Part shown: positions 50,518-64,000 of the stretch, in pieces | How positions within the stretch are numbered: the stretch's first letter is position 1 | Layout: every line of letters begins with the position of its first letter | Origin: Chiloscyllium plagiosum | Lineage: Eukaryota | Reading direction: 5' to 3' | Length of the DNA: 64,000 nucleotides | Assembly: GCF_004010195.1 (NCBI RefSeq) | Contig: NC_057720.1 | Location: 32,474,378 to 32,538,377, forward strand | Translations under genes and position numbers: made by a program | The notes under the pieces: model-generated | What the model was told of the DNA's origin: nothing | The model's input: the letters and a program-made list of their open reading frames with translations, nothing else | Databases searched by the model: none

Positions 50518-50824
50518 CGTGCTGTACGTTGATCCACAGTGCCATTAGGGTGGAACTTTCAGGAATTTGACCCAGAGATATCGAAGGAATGGCAATACAT
50601 TAAACCTGATGTTGAGTCACATATGGAAATATTGAAATATTTGTCCAGATATTTGGTCAATGAGATAGGTCTAAAGAGTATCTTTAAGAGGGGAAGAAAA
50701 GGGAGCATTTTAGGCAGAAAATTCAAAATGTCAGGGGCAAGACAATACCAGTGCATTAATGGGAACTGAGTTGTCAGAGTATATTTTGTCCCATTCTCTG
50801 ACCTGTACTTCCTTGAGTTAAACC

Positions 50825-51625
50825 ATAGACCCGCACAAGATATAGGACTCTGCCCTGCAGTTTGATCATGGCTGATACATTTCTCAACATCATTCTTCTA
50901 CCTTCTCCCATAACCTCTTAATCCCCTTAGTCATCAAGAATCTGTATATCGCTGTCTTAAATACAGCCAATAACTTGGTCTCCATAGCATTTTGCAGCAA
51001 TAAGTTTCACAGATTCACCACGCTCTGGCTGAAAAAATTCCTCCTCATCTCAGTTTTAAATATCTGTCCCCGTGATATTCTTGTGAACCTCCTCAGACCA
51101 CCTCCATTGCTAGCACATCTTTCCTGAGATATGGGCCCCAATTCTCCAAATGCAGTCTGACCGAGCCTTATACAGCCTTAGCAGTGCGTCCCTGCTCCTG
51201 TACTCTAGCCCTCTTGAAATGAATGCCAACATTTGTCTTCCAAGCTGCCAATTAAACCTGCAATTGTTAACCTTAAGAGAATCCTGAATTAGGACTTCTA
51301 AGTCCTTTTGTGCTTCACATTTAAAAAGCTTTTTCCCATTTAGAAAATAATCTATTCTTCCTATCAAAGTGCATAACTTCACACTTTCCCACATTGTATT
51401 CCATCTCCTTGTCTATTCAAGTTGTTCTGCAGCCTCCTCCACTTCCTCAACACTACCTGTCCCTCCACCTATCTTTGTGACATCTGCAAACTTAGAAACA
51501 GTGTCCTCAGTTTCTTAGTCGAGATCATTAATATATATTGTGAATAGTTGTTGTCTTAACACTGACTCCTGTGGAACTCCACTAGTTACTGGCTACCACC
51601 CTGAAAAAGACACCTTTATCACCAG
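50825..51625 (-). mobile_element. CR1 fragment with internal deletion
   Basis: ORF 51110-51394 (LAFISRGLEYRSRDALLRLYKA), a KFAD-like catctgcaaactt segment, and a CR1 3' UTR. Confidence 0.85.
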
Positions 51626-54600
51626 CTTTCAGCTGAAAGAGTTCAGCTTTTCGATTTTAAGTCCAGATTTTCGGATGAAAAATTCAGACTGGAGAAGCTG
51701 TCTCTTTATTGCAGGCCTGGTTAAAGGGAGATTGAAATGTTCAAAATGTTGAGGGGTTTGATAGAGTAATTAATGAGAAAATGTTTCCCCTGGCTTTGAA
51801 TCAGTAACCTAAGGATACAAATTTAAAATGTTTGGAAAGCAAATCAGAGGAAAGTTGAGGAGAAGGATGGTAGAAGGAGATTCAAAATTAACTTGAAAAA
51901 CATAATTGGATTTATACTGTATCTGAAATGGAAATATTTGTAGATCTCTTGGGAAAGAACAGGAGAATGAAACTATAACTGTATAGCTCTTAGAAATACA
52001 GGTGTGATGGACTGAATATCCTCATTCTATGCACACAGTAAATGTAAATATCATGCTGGCTTTTAGCCCCAGGCTGGTTATACCAAAGCCAAGAGGCCTC
52101 AGCATCTCTTAATAAATATGTTATAGTATCATTGAGATCTGCTAAATATCGAAAGTTATATTCACCGTGAATTACACATATCTGTATTTCCTTTTAGTGT
52201 TGTACGAATCACATGTATAGTGTACATAGTCGTCACACTCCACATGTCACTCTGTTTTAATCTTACATTCTTCTGAATTACAGCTTCAAAATGACAACCA
52301 CCTGCCAAGCTTCAAAATTCCTTAACTAAACAATTATACGCTGACTGACCTCAGCCCGTGTTTGTTTAAGAATTACACTTTCTGCCCTTAAAGAGACACA
52401 GTGCCACCTTTGCACAATAATACTTTGTGTGTTACATAGAATAACACCCTTTTCCTGATGAAAAATTTCACCATCGAAGTGGCTGAGCAACAGCACACAC
52501 ATATGTGCATTGCCTCCATGTTACTGATTCCCTCTTTGCATTTTTTCCTGCCTCTTTTGAGCTGTCTCTCCATCCACTTTTGTATTTCTCTCACTCTTTG
52601 TCTTCTTATCTGAATCTTTCTTTCTCCTGCCTTTTGTTGCTTTTGCTTTCTGTCCCTTTTCTTTTTGCCTGCTCTTGCTTTTCTTCTTGATGCCCAAAGG
52701 GGCAATCTGGTGAAGTGGGTAAGTTCACAGAAAGACAAGGCTGCTTAAGAGACTTCAAGTGAATACCTCAACACCCGACTCAATACTTAAAGTTGCGAGG
52801 AGTGTAGCTACCTCACACTCAATCAGCTTTGTAACGTTCTTCATCATTTTGCTGAATTATTTGTGCTTTTCAAGGTGACAAATGTTAATACTGAGAAACT
52901 GAAAAGAAGATGTTTCTTTCCTCCATGAAATATCAGCATCATGCATTGAGGGCAGTTGCAGCATAGATTAGAAAAAGAGAAAGGAATTCCTGTGACTCCA
53001 ATGACCACTGTAACCTCAAGATCAGTAGAGACTCAGATTTTATTTCTCACACTTGGCATCCACGTGACCTTTGTGAGTGAGATTTGGTGATGATTACTGC
53101 TGTGTTTGGCCCGAATTTACATTCCAGAAATGCATGTTCTTATCAGGCGAACCACATTATTACAATGTAAGAGCAATTCAAAATTGGTGGACTTACAGTT
53201 CAGGAGTACACCTCACTGCAGTGGGCAGGTAGGCTTCAAGGCTGGGATCTCAGCTGGTCTTTTGGAGTTTGTGTCAAAAAATGTGATTAATGCTTTAACA
53301 TTTTTTTTGCCTGTATTGTCCTTCGTGCTTTCTATGCTGTTTATGTTTAGAGCCGCATTTTGCTATTTATGACTATTCTTAGATGCCGATATCAAAAGCG
53401 ATTGCAGCCTGCTGTTCCTCAGTGAGGCCTCCTGTTTAGGCTGTGATGCTGTGTTCTTTGTTTGGGGTCATCGAGTTGCCCTACAACTCCTACCAGTACT
53501 TTACTTTCCCTTTCCCCAACTAGTTGTAGCTGATCTGTTGTCTCGCATTTGTCCAGTCCTCTGAGCATTGGAAAAATCTGGCAACATCTTTCGAGGAAGC
53601 CACATCCGTCTTGTCTCCTGCCACTGCCTGGGTTGTTAGAGATTGCCTACAGGTGACTGGAGACCTATATAGAATCAGACATCTGATCACCATGTAGGCG
53701 TGGGAAGCTGGCCGTCAGCAGATATGCAGCCAAAAGGCCATTTTAGTTTCAGTTCCAGAACAATGTGGAGAAAATAGTGAAAGAAAAATCATGCAACTTT
53801 TAAAAATGGTTTTAAGGACGGTTTCATTGCAGGAGCAGCATTTGCATAGCGAGAATTTGGCAGATTATGAATATATATATACACAAGGCCAGCTACTTCA
53901 GCGTGATTCCCATTTTCCAGACATTGTGTGGGTTGGTTGGGGGCACGATTCCATCACATCTGTTGGTCCAGGGGGAGGGTGCAGGAATGCAAAGATTAAA
54001 AGATCTTACTACAATCATTATGAATGTAATTGGGAATGGCCTGAAAGCAGTAATTGTATTGACTCTTGAGTTCTCACTGATGTATCTGTTAATTTTATTT
54101 ATAAAACATATTGCAGTGATCTTTCAACACGATATTATTCGATATTAGGCATATTTGGGTTGTTTCAATGTTGTCAATTATTATATGTATTATTAATAAC
54201 ACTCGATGAATAAAGAGCTACTTACAGATGGGCAAACACTGGCAGCATACAACTTCTGTGTTCTGCATTTTAATATAGATCCACAGAAGACTTAAGCATA
54301 ACAGGGAATGTGCAACTTTAATTTGAATTTGTGGCTTTTTGGCAAAAAAAGAAGAGAATATGTAAATGAGTTGTTGGAAAAACCACTGAGTAAGAAAAGA
54401 AAATGCTGGCCATCTGAGCTCAAGCATTGAAAGATTTGGATGGAGGGAATAATAGACCGAAGGGACCATTGTTAGAGAGAAGAAAGGGGAAGGCTGGAAG
54501 AGGAGATGGCTGCAGTGAAGCCCAGTTGAGGGGGTACTTGTTTAGTATCAGATTTGCAACTTAAAAGAGGTTAAAAAAGAAATTTCTCGATGGAGGATGA

Positions 54601-55529
54601 TAGCTGATGCCAGTCAAGTTATATTCATCTCTCACTTGCAGTTTTTCAATCAGAAACATTTCATGTGTCTTGATGATGGGAGACATTTTTTTAAAAATTG
54701 AGACTTTGGTAAGATGACATAATACCTACAGAAAATTGTTTTCCTGTCTCAATTTTGACTATAAACAAAGTACATAGGGAAAATGCTGGCAGTTCAGACT
54801 ATTCAGATCAGCATCTGTGAAGAGTGGCTGCAAATAAGCAGAATATTTTAGCATCTTGTCAAAAAGGGGATGGTGGGAACAAAAAGTAAAAGTTGTGTGA
54901 ATCTATTTTAAAAAAACAGCAGTAAAATGAAATGAACTGAACAATACTTTTTGGTATTTGATATTGAGCACTTTATACAAACCGTTCATTAAATTTCAAA
55001 TTCATCAACATTGTATATATATCTAATCTCATGGTAAACACGTCCTTAATAAAAACCTTGTCTTCAAAATAGTTAAAAGTTATCCCTTTCAATTTAAATT
55101 TTTCCCAGAAGATGTTGCACTCCCTTTAACTCCAGTGCTAAAATTTGTCAAAAACTGAACAGCCAATGCAAAAAGCATAATTTAGTTTCATCATTATTGG
55201 ACATATAGCACACTTTATGTATTGCATATAACCAGGGAACATGTCATTCAAGATATTCAAACCTCGTCTAGTTACCTGAGTAAGTGCCTCCATAAAATCT
55301 CATTCAAATATAGAAACCAAATATTATATTGAGATTAATTGTATTTGATTACTTAGAAATCCTGTACCTCCTTTTTATAATATTTCATGCAGGTTGAAGA
55401 ATAGATGCAGACTTATTGGTCTTACTTACTTTTGAATTGATTAATTTGGGCCATTATATATGATGGCCAGCATACAGAAAGATTATCTTTCTATTTCCAT
55501 AAGAGTGAAATATTTGTTTATGTAATCTA

Positions 55530-55925
55530 ATATCAAGAGTGAGCGGTTGCATTCCCTCAAATATAGAAGATCGAGGGTTCATCTGATTGAAGTGTTCAAA
55601 ATGCCAATAGAGTTTGACTGTATTGTTGCAGAAAAACTACCGCCTCTTGTGGGGAAACAAGAAGAAAAAGGTTTAAATTCCTGATTAGAGTAGGAGATTC
55701 AACAGTGCAATCAAGAAGCATTTTCAAAGAATCGAAGAAATTTGGAATTCTGTCTCCCAAGAAAGCTGAGTAATTGGTGCTTCCAAGATTGAGGTGGATA
55801 CATTTTTGTTAGATGTGGGCTTTGAGGGACATTGAGCAGCAGTGCGTGTGTAGATTTGAGTTGCAGATAAACCATTATCTAATTGAGCAATTGAAGGACT
55901 GATTGGCCCACTTGCTGCTTTACCT
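55530..55925 (+). mobile_element. Very old CR1 3' fragment
   Basis: gagggttcatctgattgaagtgttcaaaat...tttggaattctgtctccc...gaggtggatacatttttg. Confidence 0.6.
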
Positions 55926-57232
55926 GTGACAGTTTGCATTATGTGTACAACTGAAAACTATATTCTTCCAAGGAAGCAGCAAACCTTTTTTTGATAATAA
56001 TTAATGTAGTTGAATGCATTTTCAAGTGGCGTGTAAAGTCATTGGAGCTCACCAGGTGATACCACTTAGTCTTTGCGTTCTAATTGTGGTGGCGATACAG
56101 GAAGTGTCTCTTTAGTTGCCAGTACACACATGCAATATGGATTGCCACCAGCTATGGGATATTTTTGTTTCTATGTGGTAAATGAAACTAAATTTATACC
56201 CATCAAACACCAAACTAATTATATGCAGAAAATGCTGGAAATACACAACATCTCTGAAGAGAGAAATGGAATTAACATTACAGATCTGTGTTTTGGTGAA
56301 AAGTCACAAGCCATATATCCACCGTCAAATCCCATTACCAAACCCCCTACCTTCCACAATCTGTCATTCTAATCTGGCCCTATATTAACAGGTTACAGTA
56401 TCTTCAGATGTCCATGAGAATAGATAAAATATTTTAAAAAGCTGAACACATATTTGGGGGAAAAAAAAAGCATGTACATTCAAAGCCCTGCCAACTCTGC
56501 CTGTGGACAACATGGATAAACCTCAGGGTTCAGTATTTCCTAATGTATTGTAAGCAAAAAGCACTCTCCCAGGCTCTAAGTTACAGCACACAATGTTACT
56601 CATCAGATGTACTCCCAGGCCTTCTCAGTAGTGGAGAATCATGTAGGATCTGACTGACCATTTTTACCATGGTGCCGGCAACTCTAAGTAACAGGTGATT
56701 TGGGGGGGGGGGGTGATAACTCATTTTCCTGTACTGGTGAAAATAGCCACCACTGGGAGTGGACGTGGGACTTCTAGAACTGGGATCTAGCTCCCATGAT
56801 TTTCCCACTGCTGCTTCCCTGTGGTCCTGGTGGGGGAACCATGAAAATCTTACATGTTAATTCTATTTCTCTCTATGCAGGTGCTGACAGATTCTGCTGA
56901 GCTTGTCTAGCATTTTCTGTCAGGTTTCCAGCTTCTGCAATACTTACTCTTCTCGATGATGTTAGTGATTGCTATAAATAAAGTAATGTCTTGTGGGTGA
57001 AAAAGAAATGCTCTATGGTATTCCTGTCCTCTGATCTCTTTAATGATCACTCTGGAATGAAAGGGAAATGCCAGTGACTGAGGATTTTATTTACCATGGG
57101 TCCACATTGCAAGAGGTATATTTACATGGGTCATAAAAACTGTTGCTGAAATTTATTACTGCACCTTTTGTTCCAGTTCTCTCCATTGTGTTCACCTCAC
57201 AATGAGTGAGGGAAGGAGCCTGGGCTACATGC

Positions 57233-57650
57233 AGAAAGAACTTGCATTGATACAGAACCTTCCATGGTGTCAGGAAGAAACTAAATGCCTCATAATCAAC
57301 ACTTTGCTTTTGAAATATAGCCATATGTTATTAAGAAATTGTGTCAGTCAATGTATGCATCACACGATCAAGTAAACAACACATAAGAACATGAAAAGCC
57401 AATCTGTTTGGTGGCATTGGATAGAGTATGTTGACCAAGCCATCAGAGTATCTTGCTTTCCTTCAAGAGCTCGTATAGGATGTTGTATCAACCTGGTCAA
57501 TAACACAATATAAACTCTTATCTAAAAGACAATGCAGTATTGTCCTCAGCTATGCAATTTCCTTGGCACTATCTCCATTTATTATATGCTCAAATCCTGA
57601 AGTAGAATTTAAAACCAAAACCTTCAGCTTCTAAGTGAAGTGGCTGATGT
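57233..57650 (-). mobile_element. Diverged Deu-type SINE
   Basis: The reverse complement shows the same tail (agaaagaacttgcattgataca) and core as the 20.2/22.4-kb element. Confidence 0.55.
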
Positions 57651-60600
57651 GGAGAGTACAATGTCAGAGAGCAATCTAAAGCTAGTTTCCTATTTTGATT
57701 TACACCTCAATACTTTATGGAGCAACACACACTGTTGTCTGTACTGTGATCTTCCCTGGCACGTAAATCAGAGCTGTGAACTAATGTCCTGCCACTCAAC
57801 TCCACTGCTTCCAAAATTCCACAGATAGAGTTCAATATTGACCGTTGTTTGAGTATGTAGCGTCAGTGGGAGGGTTATCTGATCAACCATGATTGAATGG
57901 CGGGGCTGAATAGCCAACATCTGCACCCATCTTATGGTCTTTTGGTGCCTTATTTGCATGTGTTTGGGGAAAGTTGGCAAAAACACCATTTTAGTTGTAA
58001 TTAGGTTTCTGCCTGCCCCACACCAGCAGCAATTTGGTTGTCTGTTTGCCCTCAGAGATTAAGGGGGAGGGGTTCTTTGCTTATTCATCCAGTTTTCACA
58101 CCCAAATCAAACATCATTCCTATTGACACTCAAGCAAGAGAGGCGATCAGGAAGTTTTTAAAAATATTTTCCTCTTCACCGTTCCAGATGCCTCCCTTGT
58201 TGAATGTGATCCACCTTACCATGCTCAGAATATTAAAATGCTGGGTCCATATTCAGGGTTTGAAGTGGAAAATCCCAGTTTATGATGTCTTTGCTGAGCC
58301 CATTCTTGGCTTGTTAATTCTTTTGTAAGGAGTGCACAAAAATTCATTCTCTCCTAAAGCAAGAAACACAGAAATCCTGAACAGTCAAGACAAATCAGTT
58401 GTTTGGGATTTGTTGATTTACAATCAAGCTTACAGCCTAATGGAGCACCAGATATGCTGTGCTACCTTGATACAGTGTATAACATTTTTCACTTTCAGAT
58501 GAAGGTGAAGTAAGGCACTCCTCAGTCCCTCTTAACAATTCAACCAGGAGGCCTAGTTCATGGTGGTGTTATTCACACCGGCTATAGTCATGGCCCATGA
58601 ACTGTGGGGCACTAGCTACACAAATAAACTTGCTGAGGAACCACATACCTTAGTAGCAGTTAAGTATAAACAAAAAGTGGCAATCGCCTTGGGGCTCAAG
58701 ATAAAGATGCATTGAGGAGTTTAGAGGGAGTGAGTTCTTCATGTATTGGGTGAAGCTTGGTGATATTCATATTGTTCATTCTGTTTCTGAGAAACAGAAA
58801 ACATATTCCAGCTGGAAGGCAATAAAGTAATAGCTGATTACTAAATAGAGTGATACAATTAATACGCCAAGATTTAGACTCTAATGTTATCACCATCTTG
58901 ACAGGTATCATTTCGGCAATACAACTGAAAGTGTGAATTCAGATTTCGGAAACACTTTGTAATAAATTATCTTTATCAGGGATTCAATCTACATTTGTTA
59001 ATTTAAAATAGTGCCATTAATAATCAGTGTGATAATTAAACTGGATTAAAAGAAGTATAGTAATTCTAATTGCATTTAATACTGGGTGACAGTGATGTTT
59101 TTAAGAAATAACCTGTATATTTCAGCTTTTTTAAAAGTAAGTTTATATTGATGCTTTGCTTTCAATAACTCTGCTATGGTAAGCTTAATATTTGTTAACA
59201 TCCACTTGTTCTATTAACATCTATTCCTGTCTGATGTTCCTAAGTTTTTTGAAATGCAAGCGAGGATCACCACAATGTAACATTTGTACAACTGTCTGCC
59301 CTGAGATTTCACACCAGATTTTAAAAAGTTATGAGCAAAGCTTTTGGTTATGATTACTATAGCAACATATGTAAAGATCAAGTTGATAGAATAGGCCAAT
59401 CCAACAAAGACCTCCTTTAACTCAAGACTGCAAGGTTTGTTTGTGTATGTATGTTAAATAAGAGACCACAGATGAATTAGTTATGTCATAAAGAGGCAAA
59501 GTGCTCTGAAGTTATTGAATCACAATGATTCAGTGGACAATAGAGTGTCAGTATTTTGAACTACTGGCACCTATAGGATTCATGTTCACTGATGAGCTTT
59601 GGTAGCATTCTGTGTAGGGAACATAGGGCATGCTGGTCTGCTTAGGATCAGCTGTTCTCATCTAACATACGGTTGTCTGCCTGTGTAGGTGGGTGGGACA
59701 GATTTGTTATTGCTCGGATTGTTTGACGTATCATTCACTTCATTCCCCCCACCCCCATCATCGATCCCACCACTCACCATCCTCACCATTGACTGTGCCC
59801 ATCCAAAAGTAGGATTCCCACATCTGTCCCAGATTTTTCGGGTGAGAAATTTGTGAGTTGTTGGCTCCTGCCCAATCCTCTTGTAGCTTTCAGATTGTCC
59901 CATAGGCTATTTATCTTTAATAGGAGTCTATTTTTAAGACAGAAACTTGCTTAAAAAAAAGTATTCATTGTTATTAGTCCAGGCTGTGGTTAACTATCCA
60001 TTGCATTGTTTCTTTTTAATGTAGAAACCCATAAACTTACATTTGACAGATGAGTTTAGAATGAAAGATGGTATTAAAATAGGTTCTCTTAGCAACCTAA
60101 TATGAAATTAATAAGCTTGCTCGCAACAGATTTGGTTTGGGTGGTGGTGACAAACGAAGGGTGTACATTGCCATGGCAGAGTTCTGACTGCCAAAAAATA
60201 AGAAAGATTGGCAAGCCGAAAGGAATTCCTTTTTTTTGATTTGTATATTACTTTGATAGGTAGTGGGTGTATCTTGGGTTTATTTTCTAAATAAAAAGGA
60301 TAGTGAGAGAGAAAAATCAACAGTAACACTTTGGTTTCAGCCAGTATTTCACTCGCCTTGGTGTAAGGGACTGATCTAAGTTCAACAAATTCATTTTTTT
60401 CCGTGAATGAAGCCAGCAATGTGGAAAAATTTTGCCTTTCAGAGCAGGATGAATGTATATCTCAGCCACACATTAAGCCGCATTAGCAGGCACTGGAGTG
60501 CTTAATGTGGCCATTTTTCACAGGAGCCAACAGAGGAGATGATTAGCATAATTAGTACAGGCAAGTCTATACATATGGAAATGCCAACTGCGTAAATGCC

Positions 60601-61184
60601 AGCACCAGTGGAAATTTATGTCAAGGCTGACAGGAGTCTCAGGGCTCAATAGTTCCCAGCTGTACCTCTTTGGGTCACACTGTCCTCAACCCAGTCAGGG
60701 TCTTTGGTTTCTGAATCTAAGTACAGAGCAGCTAAAGCCAGATGGAATTGAGTACTTAGGCTTGTAAAACAAACTAGACAGCAGCGCTTTCCTTGCACCC
60801 TTAATTGCTCAACTTCGTCCTTCCCTTCACAATTTTGCAAGGATTTTAATCATTTTCTGTATTACATGGAACCCCACCCCCCTGCACATACATGCCTTTT
60901 CCTTCCCCACTCACTTGCCTTGGTTTATTTTTTTTAGAGGCTTTGGTCTTCAGCTTTTGTTGTAGAGAGTTCTTTTTCTCCCCCTGTTTGTTACAGAACA
61001 TCTCTGACCGACATTCATGGTAGTGACAAAGCCTTGCATTCATTCACTGGAGGCTCGATGAGACCAGTCTATTGGGCCTGAGGTGGAGCACACATCTGCT
61101 ACTCAATTCAGGGAATGGAAAGATTTAATTTCAACAAAGCTTTTCTTAAAGGCCTGTTTCTCTCTCTCTCCTCTTGTCCCACCA

Positions 61185-61401
61185 CCACCCCCTACACACA
61201 CAAATACACACACACACACACTCTCTCTGTCTCTGTCTGTCTGTCTCTCTCTCTCTCCCCCTGCTCCCCTTAAAAACACAGAAAGTGGTTCTGGGGAAGG
61301 GCCACCCCTACACACAAACATGCGCATACACACACACACACTCTCTCTCTCTCTCCCCCTGCTCCCCTTAAAAACACAGAAAGTGGTTCTAGGAAAGGGC
61401 C
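61185..61401. repeat. Two-unit tandem duplication containing (CA)n(CT)n microsatellites
   Basis: acccctacacaca...ctctcccc(c)tgctccccttaaaaacacagaaagtggttct-gg-aagggcc occurs twice. Confidence 0.9.
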
Positions 61402-61999
61402 TGAATGAGCAATGATGTAAAACAAAAAAAACATTCTGGCCAATACATGTTTTGACAGCACTTGGCTGGAGAGCACTTATGAGCCTCTTGGACTTACTTC
61501 TCTCTGCTACCCCTCCCCCCACCCCTCGTAACAAAAGCAGGAGTGGCTTGGACAGGTACAAAAAAAGTCTCTTTCAACTAGTCCACAGTGAGACTTCCTC
61601 CAAAGCAGCGTGGGTCTTTTCAGTGAAGCCCTAATCCAGCTAATCCTACCCACAACACTTTGAAGGTGGCCTTAGCCATGTATGCTATGTGATTGGAAGA
61701 AAAGCCCAAAAGCAGGGCATGTAATTTTTTTCTTCTTCGTGATGCTGCTTGATGACAGAGACACGCTTGTTTTACCAACAATTAAAATAGATGGGAAGCT
61801 TTAAAATAAAAGCTCCTCCGTTACTTGAAAATACATTAACAGAGCCATAGTATACTTCTTCGGATATATTCAGGGGTTCCTTACTGTAGTAAAAGAGAAA
61901 ATACTAAAACATGCTCAAGACAGTTATAATTCAGCATCAGAGAATGCTGCTAGTATATGCAGAACTTGGTTGTAACTCACTAGCAGAAGGAGATGAAGG

Positions 62000-62425
62000 T
62001 TTTACAAAGTGTGTAGAAAAGGTTTAAGTGAATGGTTGCATGGATAAGAAAAGGGTCGAAGATTTGATAAAGGTGCTCAGAATTAGGAATTGTCCCGATA
62101 GGTTAAATAAAAATAAAGTGTTTTCTTTGATGAAAGGGTTGCGAACCAAACGCCATGCCCTCCAGATGTTTGAAAAAGGAACCAAGGGCAACTTGAGAAA
62201 ACACTTCTTTACACATTGCATGGTGACAGTCTGGAACGTGATGCCTGAAAGGGTGACTGAGACCATTTCAATCATGAATTTCAAAAGGAAATTGGATAAG
62301 AACCCAAAGGCAAAAATTTGCTGGAATACATAAAAGGGGTAGAGGTGGTGGGGGCACTAATAAAGTCTGCTTGTAGAGCTGGCATCGAGTTAAAGGGCTT
62401 AATATTTTCCTCTGTGCTATAATCA
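62000..62425 (+). mobile_element. Old CR1 3' fragment
   Basis: ORF 62028-62333 contains LRKHFFTHCMVTVWNVMPERV...FKRKLD, the CR1 ORF2 C-terminus. Confidence 0.8.
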
Positions 62426-64000
62426 AAATCATTTTATTATCCATTCATAACTTCAGTAATAGTCAAGATTATTGCTTGACAAAATGGCATGGAATATGAT
62501 AATTATTTTTTACATCCCTTAAGTGGCCATTAATTGACCACTTAAGGGTCTTAGTTTGTAGTGAAAAGAGAAAGTCCCCAATGGACCATCTGGCCCAGAG
62601 CCTAGTTAGGGAGTAGCAAGAAGGTGATGAGTATTTTGCCAGGGCCAACTTGTCTAATTATTTCCTCTTCTCACCACCTCACTTGCCCCTTCCAGGAAGG
62701 GGAAAATTACAGCTACTTAGTGTCATTTATCTCTGACTATCAATGACTTTTTGCTCCAATGATTCTTTGACTTGGGCAACAGTATGAGAAAACCATTTTT
62801 ACTCAGGCACCAGTTATGCATTTCCCAGTTTCAATTTCCAATATAAATGAATGCCATAACTTCCCAAGAAATTATATTCCTGGATTTTTGTCATCTTGAA
62901 TTCGAAGTACGGTAAGTTCATTCAGAATAGACCAATTTGTACAATTTGTATCTTAACTGCATACAATTTGAAAACAAAATATAAACTATTAAGAACAAAG
63001 GATTATATTTTTAAGGCCATTAGTAAGTAAATGATAAATGACATGATGGACTGATTATGAGTAATAAAAACATTGGTTATTGAAGATTAATTTGTGGTAG
63101 TAGTCGGGAAATCTTCTAAGTGGCCTGCATACATTGAAATTTTATGAATAAAGCTGACAATTCCCCAATCATTGGTCTTTCTTCTCTTCACAGTAAGTGT
63201 GTATTAGAGAAAAAAAGACAAGACACCTCACTATAGGATGAGAAAGATGATTCAATCAACACCTTATGTCGATCAGTCATTTTCAATAAAATATAGAATT
63301 CCAAGGCCATGTTGTCTGCCTTCTGTACCTTATAGTTATTTGTAATCATCCTGCTCAGATATGCTATGACACACCTCCACTGCAGATGGGACTTGAACCT
63401 AGATCTTCTAGAGCAGAGGCAGAGGCATCGCAAGAGACCTCTTCTGCACTGTTTAAGGGTAAGGAATATAGTGCATATATAAATTGCAGGGGGAAGAGAC
63501 TGAATACTCATTGCAGGAATAATAATCAACTGTTTACTTTCCCATGGATTCCTTTACAAATATAACAGACTCTTAGCAGTGTGACTCAAATAAAAAAAAT
63601 CTTCTCTCACTTACATTGATAGTTGTCTGTTGCAAAACAGTTTTTTTTGTTGACTGGCCCAATTAGTTTGTGGAAATGAATAGAATAAATTATGTGTGAT
63701 TGTCAGCAATTGTTCTAAGCATATGAAAAGACCGATAGTTTGTAAATGGTACTTTAGTATTTTTGTTGTTCATTTTAGGGATATTTGCGGGTTTTCTTTC
63801 CACTCTGGATATTTGGGATTGTGTTGTACTGAGGGGACTAAAAAATCCTCTTTAGAGATAGCTATGACTGGTGTGCCCACAAATTCAAAATATCTAGCTC
63901 TGAATTATAAAATGTATGCAAGCTGAAAGGCTAACTTGAAGTAACTCAATGTCTCATTTGGTTTAGAAACCCCAAAACACAACCAATAGTGGAGAATTTT

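Noticed and set aside
52388..52738. Lys/Arg-rich 116-aa minus-strand ORF
   Set aside because: It is the reverse translation of a CT-rich low-complexity tract, with no recognisable domain or exon structure.
42280..64000. PTCH2 exon 3 (expected GSRVSQEL.YT...)
   Set aside because: I found no matching sequence by eye or in the ORF track. It probably lies beyond the window, though a spliced alignment would be needed to be sure.

Overview
Vertebrate genomic DNA, almost certainly from a cartilaginous fish (shark). The repeats are dominated by CR1 LINEs, HE1/V-SINEs, Deu-type SINEs and Penelope-like remnants. Two host genes lie on the + strand. One is the last coding exon of EIF2B3 (4627-4679, ...KHVNEVIVGNDRLMEI*). 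The other is the 5' end of Patched-2 (PTCH2): coding exon 1 at 40192-40332 and the 193-nt exon 2 at 42087-42279, followed by an intron 2 that runs at least 21 kb to the window end with no exon 3 recognised. This EIF2B3-PTCH2 order is the one I recall from human. The PTCH2 promoter is CpG-rich, depleted of repeats, and carries a perfect GLI site plus two variants. The 35-kb intergenic interval is full of nested retroelements and has two assembly gaps. The long ORFs in the track are CR1 remnants, N-run artefacts or low-complexity noise, and the real exons are mostly missed by it. I found no convincing novel biological system. The best leads are regulatory (GLI cluster, uORFs, a duplicated E-box motif) and TE-related (hammerhead-like cores in Penelope-like repeats, two CR1 copies sharing a premature stop, multi-level nesting). 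TE boundaries are approximate and were judged by eye.
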